Assembly: GCF_000400465.1 (NCBI RefSeq)
Contig: NW_008806286.1
Location: forward strand, 173,865 to 205,864
Direction of reading: 5' to 3'
DNA from: Wallemia ichthyophaga EXF-994
Taxonomy: Eukaryota > Fungi > Basidiomycota
Length of the DNA: 32,000 nucleotides
Shown: positions 22,997 through 32,000 of the stretch, in pieces
How positions within the stretch are numbered: the first letter of the stretch is position 1
How the letters are laid out: each line of letters opens with the position of its first letter
Notes under the pieces: model-generated
What the model saw: the letters and a program-made list of their open reading frames with translations, nothing else
What the model was told of the DNA's origin: nothing
Databases searched by the model: none
Made by a program: the position numbers and the translations under genes

Positions 22997-24706
22997 ATGG
23001 CGTTTGAGCAAGTTGTACCGCCACCAGCAGCTACGGCAGCTACTCCAGCTACTCCAGCTTCCCCAGTCTCCTCAATGAGCGCACCAATGTCACCGCCTTT
23101 GACGGACCAGAAGGGCGAATCAGACGCATATATCAGTGACAACGAGCTGCCACCTCCTTTGAACAAGGATACAGATCGTCGGTTGTTTCTTTTCGCCACA
23201 CGAACCATTCTCACATCCCTTGTAGGCCCTGCAGACGCTGATATCGAAGACAACTACGTTCAGAGAACTCTAGCAAATGCAAAGCCTAAGCCACCAATCA
23301 CTTGGTCTACTTTGCTGGGTGAAATTAATTACATTTCGACTACACTTTTACTTGGAGTGCCCATCATTTCCATCTATGGCGCTTTAACTACAGAGTTGAA
23401 ATGGCAAACAGCCCTTTTCAGTGTTCTCTACTATTTCTTCACTGGTTTGGGTATCACTGCTGGATACCACAGATTATGGGCTCATAGAGCATATAACGCT
23501 TCTTTACCCCTTCAATATTTCCTTTGTCTCGCTGGCTCGGGCGCTTGTGAAGGTTCCATCAAGTGGTGGTCTAGAGGCCACAGAGCCCATCACAGATATA
23601 CCGATACCGAACTTGACCCTTACAACGCTCATCGCGGTTTCTGGTACTCTCACGTTGGTTGGATGCTTGTCAAACCACGTATCAAGCCAGGTGTTGCTGA
23701 TATCTCTGATTTGATCAAGAACCCTGTGATTAGATTCCAACAAAAGCATTACGTTAAGTTATTGCTCATCATGGGTTTCATTATTCCAACTGTTTTACCT
23801 GGTTTATTATGGGGTGATTACCGCGGTGGTTACTTTTACGCTGGTGCTGCTCGCTTGTTATTCGTTCACCACTCCACATTCTGTGTAAACAGTTTAGCAC
23901 ATTGGTTAGGTGAACAACCATTCGATGATAAAAACACACCAAGAAATCACTTTATCACTGCTTTATGTACTGTCGGTGAAGGCTACCACAACTTCCATCA
24001 TCAATTCCCAATGGACTTTAGAAACGCTATCAGATGGTACCAATATGACCCAACTAAATGGTTCATTAGCGTTTGTTACGCACTCGGTTTAGCCACGCAT
24101 TTGAAAATGTTCCCATCAAATGAGATTAAGAAGGGTGAATACACAATGGAATTGAAAAAATTGGAAAGAGTTGGTGAAGAAATCAATTGGCCAATTGACT
24201 CGAATGAGTTACCAGTTATTTCATGGACTTCATTTCAACAGCAAGCTAAAGAGAGACCACTGGTTTTGATTCATGGTTTCATTCATGATGTGTCTTCATT
24301 TATGGATGAACACCCAGGTGGAAAGCACCTCTTGTCAAAGCAAGTTGGTAAGGATGGTACAACGGCCTTCTTTGGTGGTGTATACGATCACTCCAATGCC
24401 GCTCACAACCTGCTCGCAATGATGAGAGTTGGTATTCTCGATGGTGGTATGGAAGTGGAGATACTCAAGATAGAAGAAGCACAAGCTAAGAAGAAGGAGC
24501 AAGCGCTGTCTATTGTTAAGGATATAGAGAATGAGCAAGACAGGAAGCGTGCGCACGACGAAGCAATGAAGGATGTCAAGAGGATTGAGCATGAGATGCA
24601 ATTAGCCTTGCTGAGAGCACCACCTCAACAAGTGAGATCGAGGAAGGCCACGGATTACTTCCCACCATCCCAACAACTCAGCATAAAGAAGCAGGCTGAT
24701 AGTTAG
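22997..24706 (+). CDS. OLE1: Delta-9 acyl-CoA desaturase with fused C-terminal cytochrome b5
   Basis: His boxes HRLWAH, HRAHH and HNFHH; GITAGYHR; FCVNSLAH; b5 heme motif HPGG. One uninterrupted 569-aa ORF. Confidence 0.97.
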   Translation: MAFEQVVPPPAATAATPATPASPVSSMSAPMSPPLTDQKGESDAYISDNELPPPLNKDTDRRLFLFATRTILTSLVGPADADIEDNYVQRTLANAKPKPPITWSTLLGEINYISTTLLLGVPIISIYGALTTELKWQTALFSVLYYFFTGLGITAGYHRLWAHRAYNASLPLQYFLCLAGSGACEGSIKWWSRGHRAHHRYTDTELDPYNAHRGFWYSHVGWMLVKPRIKPGVADISDLIKNPVIRFQQKHYVKLLLIMGFIIPTVLPGLLWGDYRGGYFYAGAARLLFVHHSTFCVNSLAHWLGEQPFDDKNTPRNHFITALCTVGEGYHNFHHQFPMDFRNAIRWYQYDPTKWFISVCYALGLATHLKMFPSNEIKKGEYTMELKKLERVGEEINWPIDSNELPVISWTSFQQQAKERPLVLIHGFIHDVSSFMDEHPGGKHLLSKQVGKDGTTAFFGGVYDHSNAAHNLLAMMRVGILDGGMEVEILKIEEAQAKKKEQALSIVKDIENEQDRKRAHDEAMKDVKRIEHEMQLALLRAPPQQVRSRKATDYFPPSQQLSIKKQADS

Positions 24707-24933
24707 CTGTGCTGCTTCTTTTTTGCTATATTCTTGATGTCACTTTAACGTTCTTCTTTTGGCTATCTTTGTCTCTATTTCAACTCACTTCTCTATTTTT
24801 AACGATCTAGAATTGCAAATGTTTTCTTGCTGTGGTTATAACGAAAATCTTCAAATAAATTTCGAAACGTGTATTTGATTTGATATATTGAATTATTACA
24901 TAAAATTACAAATTGTGAAGATGTTGGAGATAA

Positions 24934-25399
24934 TTACTCATCCCAATCGAATTCTGGTTGTTCAGTCTCACCAGCATCTTGGGCCTTGCTAGCAAGAGAA
25001 GCTTGATGATGACGAAATTTAGCCAAATAAATTCTGAGAAGCTGAGTGTAATTCTCAAATCCCAATGCGGACATGGAGTGAATCAGGTCTTCGCCGTTAA
25101 TCGTCTTCCTCTTTTCCAACAAAGATCTCTCTTGAGCTTCAGAGGTGATGAAAGAGATGAACTCAGAAACGCATTCTTGAACAGATTCCTTTGAATCTTT
25201 AGAAATTTTAACGTTATCAGGTAGAGAATTTTTCATAATTCTAGCGACGTTTGCGATCTGAGGTGGGTGAGTGGATATAGGTATAATAGGTGTAAATTAC
25301 AGGGAGGAATCTGTCTTGCTCTTTAAACTCGCCTAATTCCGAATCAGTGAAATTTGGTGTATGCTTTAATGGCTGTATTGGATTAATTGGAATTGACAT
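24934..25399 (-). CDS. HAP3: CCAAT-binding factor subunit Hap3 / NF-YB (histone fold)
   Basis: After splicing intron 25258-25300: [49 protein letters not shown]...[10 protein letters not shown]...LGFENY. Confidence 0.95.
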
Positions 25400-25419
25400 G
25401 ATTGTTGTCCAGAGCAGCC

Positions 25420-26008
25420 ATGTCGAATAAGATCGTTGAAGACGTCTATAGCGGCGTTATAAATGACGTTTCAAAGAACGTTAAATACGATTTTGAGGAG
25501 ATGGGTATTGAAGATATCGTTTTACAGGAATTGCTAAGCGTTGGTCCACGAATTGGATTTATAGGTTGGGCTAATGATTTGTTAGATATGGCAGCATAAA
25601 CTGGATGATAACAATAACAACAATCCATCAAACGATGATAATAACATTCTACAGTCTTTGATTAATCAGCAGCAGTCATTACAACAACAAGCAACTTCTT
25701 CAACCAATTTCAAGCAAGATTCAAATAAAATAAGCCTCGATGATTTCGACGATAATAAGGATTCTAAATCAAATGATAAGATTAAAGAGATGGATAATGA
25801 CGATGACAACGCTATAAACTCAGATCTAGACGACGACGACGACGACGACGATAACGATTTGGATTCTAATGATGATATAGTACTCTGCTTATACGATAAA
25901 GTACAAAGGGTTAAAAACAAGTGGAGAATGCAACTAAAGGATGGTATTATATCGATAAACAACAAAGATTACTTATTCTCAAAGTGCTCTGGTGAATTCG
26001 AGTGGTAA
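25420..26008 (+). CDS. TOA1: Transcription factor IIA large (alpha/beta) subunit
   Basis: N-terminal MSNKIVEDVYSGVINDV...DFEEMG...LQELLSIW (intron 25540-25585) and the conserved C-terminus LCLYDKVQRVKNKWRMQLKDGII...DYLF...GEFEW. Confidence 0.93.
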
Positions 26009-26097
26009 AGCACAATGTACTTAACATATATATCCTCTTTCTCTTTTTCTTTGTTTTTCATTCGATCAGATGATGTTCCACCTCTTCCACCACCTCT

Positions 26098-28014
26098 ATG
26101 ACCAACCCACCCCCGCGACTAATCGCTCTCTCCCAATCCCAGCTAATCCTCATAAATGACGTTAACAAGCTCGATTACGTGGCTTTGAACAAGGATCTCA
26201 ATTTACTCTTCAACTCCCCTAACAACCTCGTCTTGGCTGGTCATGACGGCGTTTTTCAATTTGATCCCTCAATTTCCAATTTATCAAATCTAGTTTTACC
26301 TGTTACCGTTGAGTAGTTAATTTGACGCGTTATTCATCCCTTACTTACCCCCCACAAGTCCCCTTCCTCCCCACATCACATTGAACCAATCACCGCTATT
26401 GACGCGTCTTCAAACACCCTCTACTTTGCTAGAGAACATAATGTTTACGCCTCTGATACTCTCCATAAGCGTATCCAACTCCTTTATCAAGGCCACACTG
26501 GTATAATCCTAGAGCTATCCCTATCAACCCACCAAACCCACCTCGCTAGCTGCTCAAAAGCAGGCGCTTTAATCCTCCACGATTTGATCCAACACTCGTA
26601 CCACATCCTTAATTACTCCCCACGTGAATCCTTATCCTGTTGCGCGTTTTCCCCGCACTTCAATTTCATCCTATGCACTGCTACTGCGTCAGGAACACTC
26701 CTCATACACAACACGTCATTCTTAAATGACCCTCCTTACTTGATCTTCCCCAAGCTTCACCCCTCCCCAATCACCTCCATCGCCTACTCTCACGCTTCAA
26801 AATCTTTAATAGCAACTGTCTCAAAGGACGGCTGGATCGCTGTGATCGATATCGAGACTAAATCCGTAATAAGAGTCATCAACACCACTCACAATCTCAC
26901 TTCACTAGCCTTCGAAGGCGCTCTTCTCGTAGCTGGTACTGCTGATGGTAGAATTTTCATTTACAATTTAAGATCTGGTTCATCTCCACAGACTATTAAC
27001 TGCTCTAGCCATCCCATCGATGCACTCATCTTTCAAAAAGATAAGCGGAAGCCAGTTGGTCTTAAAGCGCGCGATTATGCTGTACATTTCGCTGAGCCGC
27101 TAGTGACTGATCAATCAAAGGATGATCGCTTGACACGTGATAAAAAGAGCAACTCTTCTTCTAACCTCTCAGCGTTAGCGATGAATCCTGCTCGCCATTC
27201 ACTATCCTCTCTCATATCTTCAAGTGCAGTTCCACTACCACCTTCTAAAGATCCACCAAGAGACACACAAAAAGATACACAAAACAAAGAACTTTCAACT
27301 CAAAACCTACCAGTGTACATGCCCTCAAGCGCAGGTGCACTGCGTCCTAACGCCAATCTCACCGATAAAGTTAACTCTGACGAGCAACTTCATACAAGAT
27401 CTAGGCGTACATCTGGCAACGCCGTCTCTCAACCACGTCCAGTCTCTATGGCCAACAGCACAGACAGTCACCTCGCCACAGTTAATGCCTCACTTAATCC
27501 AAATGCTAGTCTACCAAGAAGGCGCAGACATAGCAGCAGATCTGAGAATAGACCGCGCATCGATGAGGTAGATTGGTTTAAGGATCTTCGAGAGAATCGA
27601 GAGAAAGAAAAGACTTCGAAGCAAACAGCTGCGCCGGTTAGTTATCACAACAACAGTTTAAAAAGGAGTGGAAGCAGCAGCTCGTTGCGTCAATACGGCC
27701 ACAATCATAGCCGCACCAATTCCATTGACAGGAACGCTGAGAAACCGGCATCCTTACAATCCACTCAGCCGTCACAAGAGGAAACGCTCAAAAAGTTGAT
27801 TGAAAGCGCCAACGCTCTGAGCTTAAGCACTGAAATTCAGAAAGCTAGGGATGTACTGGAAGTGGGTGTCGTGAATTTTATTTTTAACATACTAACGAAC
27901 AGCTCTCAGGGTGATTACAAAATCAAACTAGAGAGTTACTCTCAAGAGATACGTAAGCTTCGTTCAGAAAATGCACTGCTCAGGAGAGAAAACGATAGAA
28001 TTCGGCGACAATGA
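26098..28014 (+). CDS. WD40-repeat protein with C-terminal coiled coil, NEDD1/GCP-WD-like
   Basis: Repeated WD-like blades (GHTGIILELSL, LHPSPITSIAYS, DGWIAVID, GTADGRIFIYNLR, HPIDAL), a Ser/Arg-rich linker and terminal RKLRSENALLRRENDRIRRQ. Introns at about 26308-26358 and 27862-27909. The NEDD1 assignment rests on architecture only. Confidence 0.65.
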
Positions 28015-28377
28015 ATCGGATTATACCAATAAAAGTGATCTGACATAGTAGGCTAGGATGAGCCTCCTCTTATGTGGATTACATAATAATGTAGTATACA
28101 CTTCAACTCTTTCCCCCCTTTTCCCCAAAACCATAACATCACAAGCGATGAAATATAAGTTATAATAGTCTTAATATCAAACAGTTGTATTATTTTAAAT
28201 TATCAATACACGCAGTCATACACGCATCATAGCATCAATTGATTGAGTTTGACGTAGAAATTTTTAGCTCGCTGCAAGCTATTAGCACCACTTTAAGAGG
28301 GCAGAGAGTTTTGAGCGGTCAACCTATATTTCAGGTAGGTATTCATAATGAGGCTTCGTCAAATTAATTGAATCTGG

Positions 28378-29010
28378 TCAAGGCACCCTGCAAATAACCA
28401 AGTAAAAAAAGATTACGAATGCAGAGATACCATATAATGACAATTTGAACAATTTAACAAGATAATCGATTTTAACACGCCTTCAGCATTCCAAATTCAT
28501 CCTCATATCAGGCCTCCCCTTAATAACCACTAACTTGAAATTCTCCCCTACCACCTAGTTCATCTCAGATGGTGATTTAAAAGTTATGATGATCTCCAAA
28601 TAAAATAGCTTGATAGATAGCTGTGGCTGGGAAGAAAAGCAATTAGCCAGATTTATATCTTTGGTGCACCGAATTGCACTCAGCACGCCGATCGGAAACA
28701 ATGGTCCGAAATCGCTTTAGAGCTCGCTATACGATAGATATGGTCGACTACACGCGATTTATCGATAGGGTGAAACTTCTCTAGCTGAAGGAGACCGCCA
28801 ACACACAAAATTCTCTTTTATTCGGCTTGATAATCGCGATTTACGTTTTATGACTTGGCGTCCACAGGGCTTAATGCCGGCTCCAGGGAAAAAGTAAGGT
28901 CGTTCTGGATTATCGCAAGAGTATTAACTGCGATTTACGCAAAGAAAGGAGGGTCCACCCAGCCCTGAAATCGGGGGTTAGGTCGACCAAATGCATTTCG
29001 ACATTTCAAA
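28378..29010 (-). repeat. Copy B of the diverged ~630 bp dispersed repeat (inverted relative to copy A)
   Basis: Its reverse complement aligns colinearly with 12416-13045 (see copy A). It lies in the 1.4 kb gap between two convergent genes. Confidence 0.9.
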
Positions 29011-29424
29011 TAATGGGAGTGTGAAGGCGATTAAGGCTGCTTTGGAATCTCAGAAAGTATTTTATTTGGAATTTTAATTTTAGATACCGCTTTATACTCC
29101 CTGAAACATGTGACATCTATCAGGACAAGTACAAAGCACATAACTAAGCCATTCATCATAGACAAACTATAATTTATCGCAAAATCAGTCGCTACTGGAG
29201 GATACCAATATTACTCAATTTTGCATTAACTACAGTGCTATTGGAAATACGCAATTGAGCATGCCATTCTGTGACCACATCACTACTTGAATTCATGCAT
29301 ATCGCGCACTGGAAGTCGTTCGTAAGTCGAACTCAAGATAGTTAAACTGTTGAATATAAGTAAAGCGTTTTATGAAAATCATCTATACAAGCGTCATATA
29401 TCTAGTCGATCTCAACCACAAGGC

Positions 29425-30073
29425 TTATCTATCAAGGTTGATGGAATCCTAGTATATCTGTTAGCAGTAATCTAATATTTCACACCCAGCCCACCTTGAA
29501 CTTGCTCTTCAGATGCACCTTCAATTCCGACATACTCCTCTCACAATCCTCAGCTCGGGATTTGAGTCCATCGATAATGGCGTCCAGAGCGTTGCAATCG
29601 GCCTCAATTTGCGACTGAGCTTTCTCTAGACTTATGTACACGAAAGAGTCACCAAGTTTGTATCTTTAAGAAGAGTAAGGACGTTATTTGGTACACAGCT
29701 CGGTTACTCACAACACGGGCTGATCTTCGTCAGCCAATTCCAATTCCATACTCAAGTCATCTATCTGCTCTCTTTCAGTCTGTGCGCGCTCTTTGTTAGC
29801 TTTGTGATTACCAGTGATAGCAGCTGCATACTTTTTTATCTGTCAACGCTTCTTCAATGTCTTCGAGGCGTTTGTTGTACTTTGAGAATTCATTTATTCT
29901 CGACTGGTCCTCTAATTGCCTGTGAGTGGAGTGTATTGAATATAAGTATCACTACTAACGCCATGTAACTTCCTCTGAAGCGTCTTCTTGGTTTTTCTCG
30001 AGCTGTTGCACAATGTAAACACAATGTGGCTCTTTACTGTACGGCAAATCCTCACCATACTCAGCGATGACAT
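29425..30073 (-). CDS. GIM3: Prefoldin subunit 4 (absent from the supplied ORF track)
   Basis: Five canonical introns splice to MSSLSMLEKNQEDASEEVTWQDQSRINEFSKYNKRLEDIEE...IDDLSMELELADEDQPVLYKLGDSFV...MSELKVHLKSKFKDSINLDR*, which matches the PFDN4 pattern. Confidence 0.9.
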
Positions 30074-30166
30074 GTTCACCTAATCAAATCACTTGGATCA
30101 AGTCAAGCAGGTTGATCCGCTACGACGACCAAATCAGGAATAAAAATCAGTGAAATCCAAAGGAAA

Positions 30167-31553
30167 ATGGATCCAGTGGATATTATTAATAGGGCTAATA
30201 TAAAAAAAACATGGTTAATGACCCAGCCCATCAAGTATATATACATATTCGGCGTATGCTTATCTATAGCACTCTTATCACCAATTTGGGCACTTATTGA
30301 TTATCCACTTAGTAACAGGCCAAACAAGGATTGGCCTTTGAGTAGATGTATACGCATTCGAGCATTTAGAATGATTGAACCCGTCATACCGCTCTGCGCA
30401 TTCGATAGAGATTTGGGGAGGATACCAACAGAGCTACCTTACGCACATCTACTTAAGCGGTCTAAGTTTACCTATATACCTCCACTTGCAGAGGAGTATA
30501 TCAGTGGGTGGCTTCGCAATCTCATTGAGAGTGTGGAAACGCTTCGGATAGAGAATGAGACAAAAGTCGGTGTTATTAATGAAAGATGGCTGCAGGATTA
30601 CACACCAAAATTGGAAACATGTAGGCCAATTCAAATACCCTGTTACGTCTACTTTGATGAAAGAGTCTCACCTGCAAAAGCATCAACACTTGACTTAAAC
30701 TTGGATTTGGAGGAAGATGATAAAGTCATGTTGCAGTTTCACGGCGGTGGATATATTGTAGGCAGTGCTCACGAAAACGATGTGACAGCAACGCTTTGTA
30801 AAGACTTTATCAAGTTTGGGTCAGTCAAGAAAATATTTAGCGTAGATTATAGATTAGCGTGGTATGCTCCATTCCCAGCTGCTCTGATAGATGCTATCAG
30901 CTCGTGGTCTTACCTGGTTAACCAACTTGAAATCAAACCACATCAGATAGTATTTAGTGGTGACAGCGCAGGTGCTAATCTCGCACTCGCATTGACAAGA
31001 TATTTGATAGAAAACGAACTGCCGGGACCTTCAGGTTTAGTACTACATTCACCGTGGTCAGATATGACATTTTCACGTAGAGTGATGTCTACTTCATTCA
31101 CCACGAACAAATACAAGGATATTCTCGAATCAACATTTTCGCCTTATGCCGTCAAGATGCTGACGCGTTATGTGGGAGTTGAGATGATTAATTCAGTGTA
31201 TCTATCACCAATGTCTCAACGGAATGGTAAGGATGTTGAAACATTCAAACAATTTCCGTCAACGTTCATAATTGCTGGTGAATGTGAGATGTTACTGGAT
31301 GAGTGCGTTGATTTGCACGAATCAATGATTAGAAGTGGCGTTGGATGTAGATTGCACATTGTTGGCCGTGGTGTACATGATCCAGCCATGTTCAGCTCAT
31401 GGCAAGAACCAGAACGGAGTGAAATGTTTTATACATTAGCAAGGTAAGTACTACAAGAATAATTGATATCGATATTGAAAAATAAAACGCAGCTGGATTG
31501 ATGGATTATTTGGGGTTCCCAAACCGGATTACGGGGATTCAAATCAAGTTTAA
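30167..31553 (+). CDS. Hormone-sensitive-lipase family alpha/beta hydrolase (esterase/lipase)
   Basis: Oxyanion motif FHGGGY, VDYRLA, nucleophile elbow GDSAGANL, acid in GECEMLLDE and His in GVHD. An intron at 31444-31492 leads to TAA at 31551-31553. Confidence 0.9.
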
Positions 31554-31581
31554 AGATGTAAAAATCATGTAAATTGTATTT

Positions 31582-31788
31582 TCAAATACCCAAACGCTGT
31601 TCCATAGTTTGCTGCTGACGACGTTTCTCATTTGCTTCGATAGCGTTGTATGGTGTACTGCTATCAATGCTTCTATCGAGGCTAGTATCTTGGCCGTCTC
31701 TTTGGAAATTCTTTTTATTCAAATCTTTTGAGAAATCCAATAAATCTTGTTGGGTTAGCGCTATCTTTGTCGGATCGCGTCTGAGCAT
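31582..31788 (-). CDS. CDC26: Anaphase-promoting complex subunit Cdc26 (Apc12)
   Basis: 68 aa with the characteristic Cdc26 N-terminus MLRRDPTKIALTQQDL and a low-complexity tail. Confidence 0.75.
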   Translation of the reverse strand: MLRRDPTKIALTQQDLLDFSKDLNKKNFQRDGQDTSLDRSIDSSTPYNAIEANEKRRQQQTMEQRLGI

Positions 31789-32000
31789 TCTGATTGGTCA
31801 ATTTTGAAGAGAGGCGAAGAGAAGAAATTTCACAAAGCGGAAATGTTCTTCTCGTACACCCAAGTGCATGCTTCTTACTGGCACAACATCTGGAGAGTAA
31901 GTAAAGCGTTAGACCAAGGAATCAATCTAATCAGAGTATTTAGCTACATTTCTGACGCTGTATACAAATCACTCAATTACTAAGAATGTTACTCAAGCAA

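Noticed and set aside
27862-27902. Alternative 3' splice site at 27902 that would truncate the WD40 protein
   Set aside because: This AG lies only about 8 nt after the CTAAC branch point. The AG at 27909 has typical spacing and keeps the coiled coil.
28330-28345. ATACCTACCTG on the minus strand resembling the U1 snRNA 5' end
   Set aside because: One mismatch to the U1 consensus, no downstream U1 stem-loops or Sm site, and not conserved at the equivalent position of copy A.
12416-29010. Mating-type flip/flop cassette
   Set aside because: The enclosed genes are housekeeping. I saw no pheromone, receptor, homeodomain or HMG gene, and the repeats are too diverged to suggest frequent switching.
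1687-30634. The many 60-140 aa ORFs overlapping the called genes (e.g. 4977-5318, 8022-8375, 10542-11207, 14017-14385, 17882-18223)
   Set aside because: They are antisense or alternate-frame shadows of well-supported genes, mostly with non-ATG starts and no motifs.
16890-31553. Lipid or membrane gene cluster (OSH, OLE1, GDT1, lipase)
   Set aside because: The genes are interspersed with unrelated housekeeping genes and there is no backbone biosynthetic enzyme; consistent with ordinary gene order.

Overview
Very gene-dense fungal genomic DNA. It is probably a compact basidiomycete such as Wallemia; this is inferred from the 43-57 nt GT-AG introns with CTRAC/CTCAC branch sites, the tiny intergenic gaps and the gene content. 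Manual splicing supports 19 protein-coding genes. In order: Scp160/vigilin (5' partial), TDG/MUG glycosylase, Atp11, an F-box protein, Atp16, a division-1 chitin synthase, Mod5 tRNA isopentenyltransferase, gamma-glutamyltranspeptidase, Gdt1, an ankyrin-PH-ORD oxysterol-binding protein, SF3B4/Hsh49, Ole1, Hap3/NF-YB, Toa1, a NEDD1-like WD40 protein, prefoldin 4, an HSL-family hydrolase and Cdc26, plus one doubtful small membrane ORF. I found no rRNA, tRNA, CRISPR array or intact transposase. The main unexplained signal is a diverged ~630 bp non-coding sequence present twice in inverted orientation (12416-13045 and 28378-29010). The copies fill the only two large gene-free gaps and bracket a ~15 kb block of nine housekeeping genes. 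A second signal is extreme packing: three divergent gene pairs have start codons only 5, 20 and 29 bp apart. All alignments and exon structures were done by eye, with no database searches.
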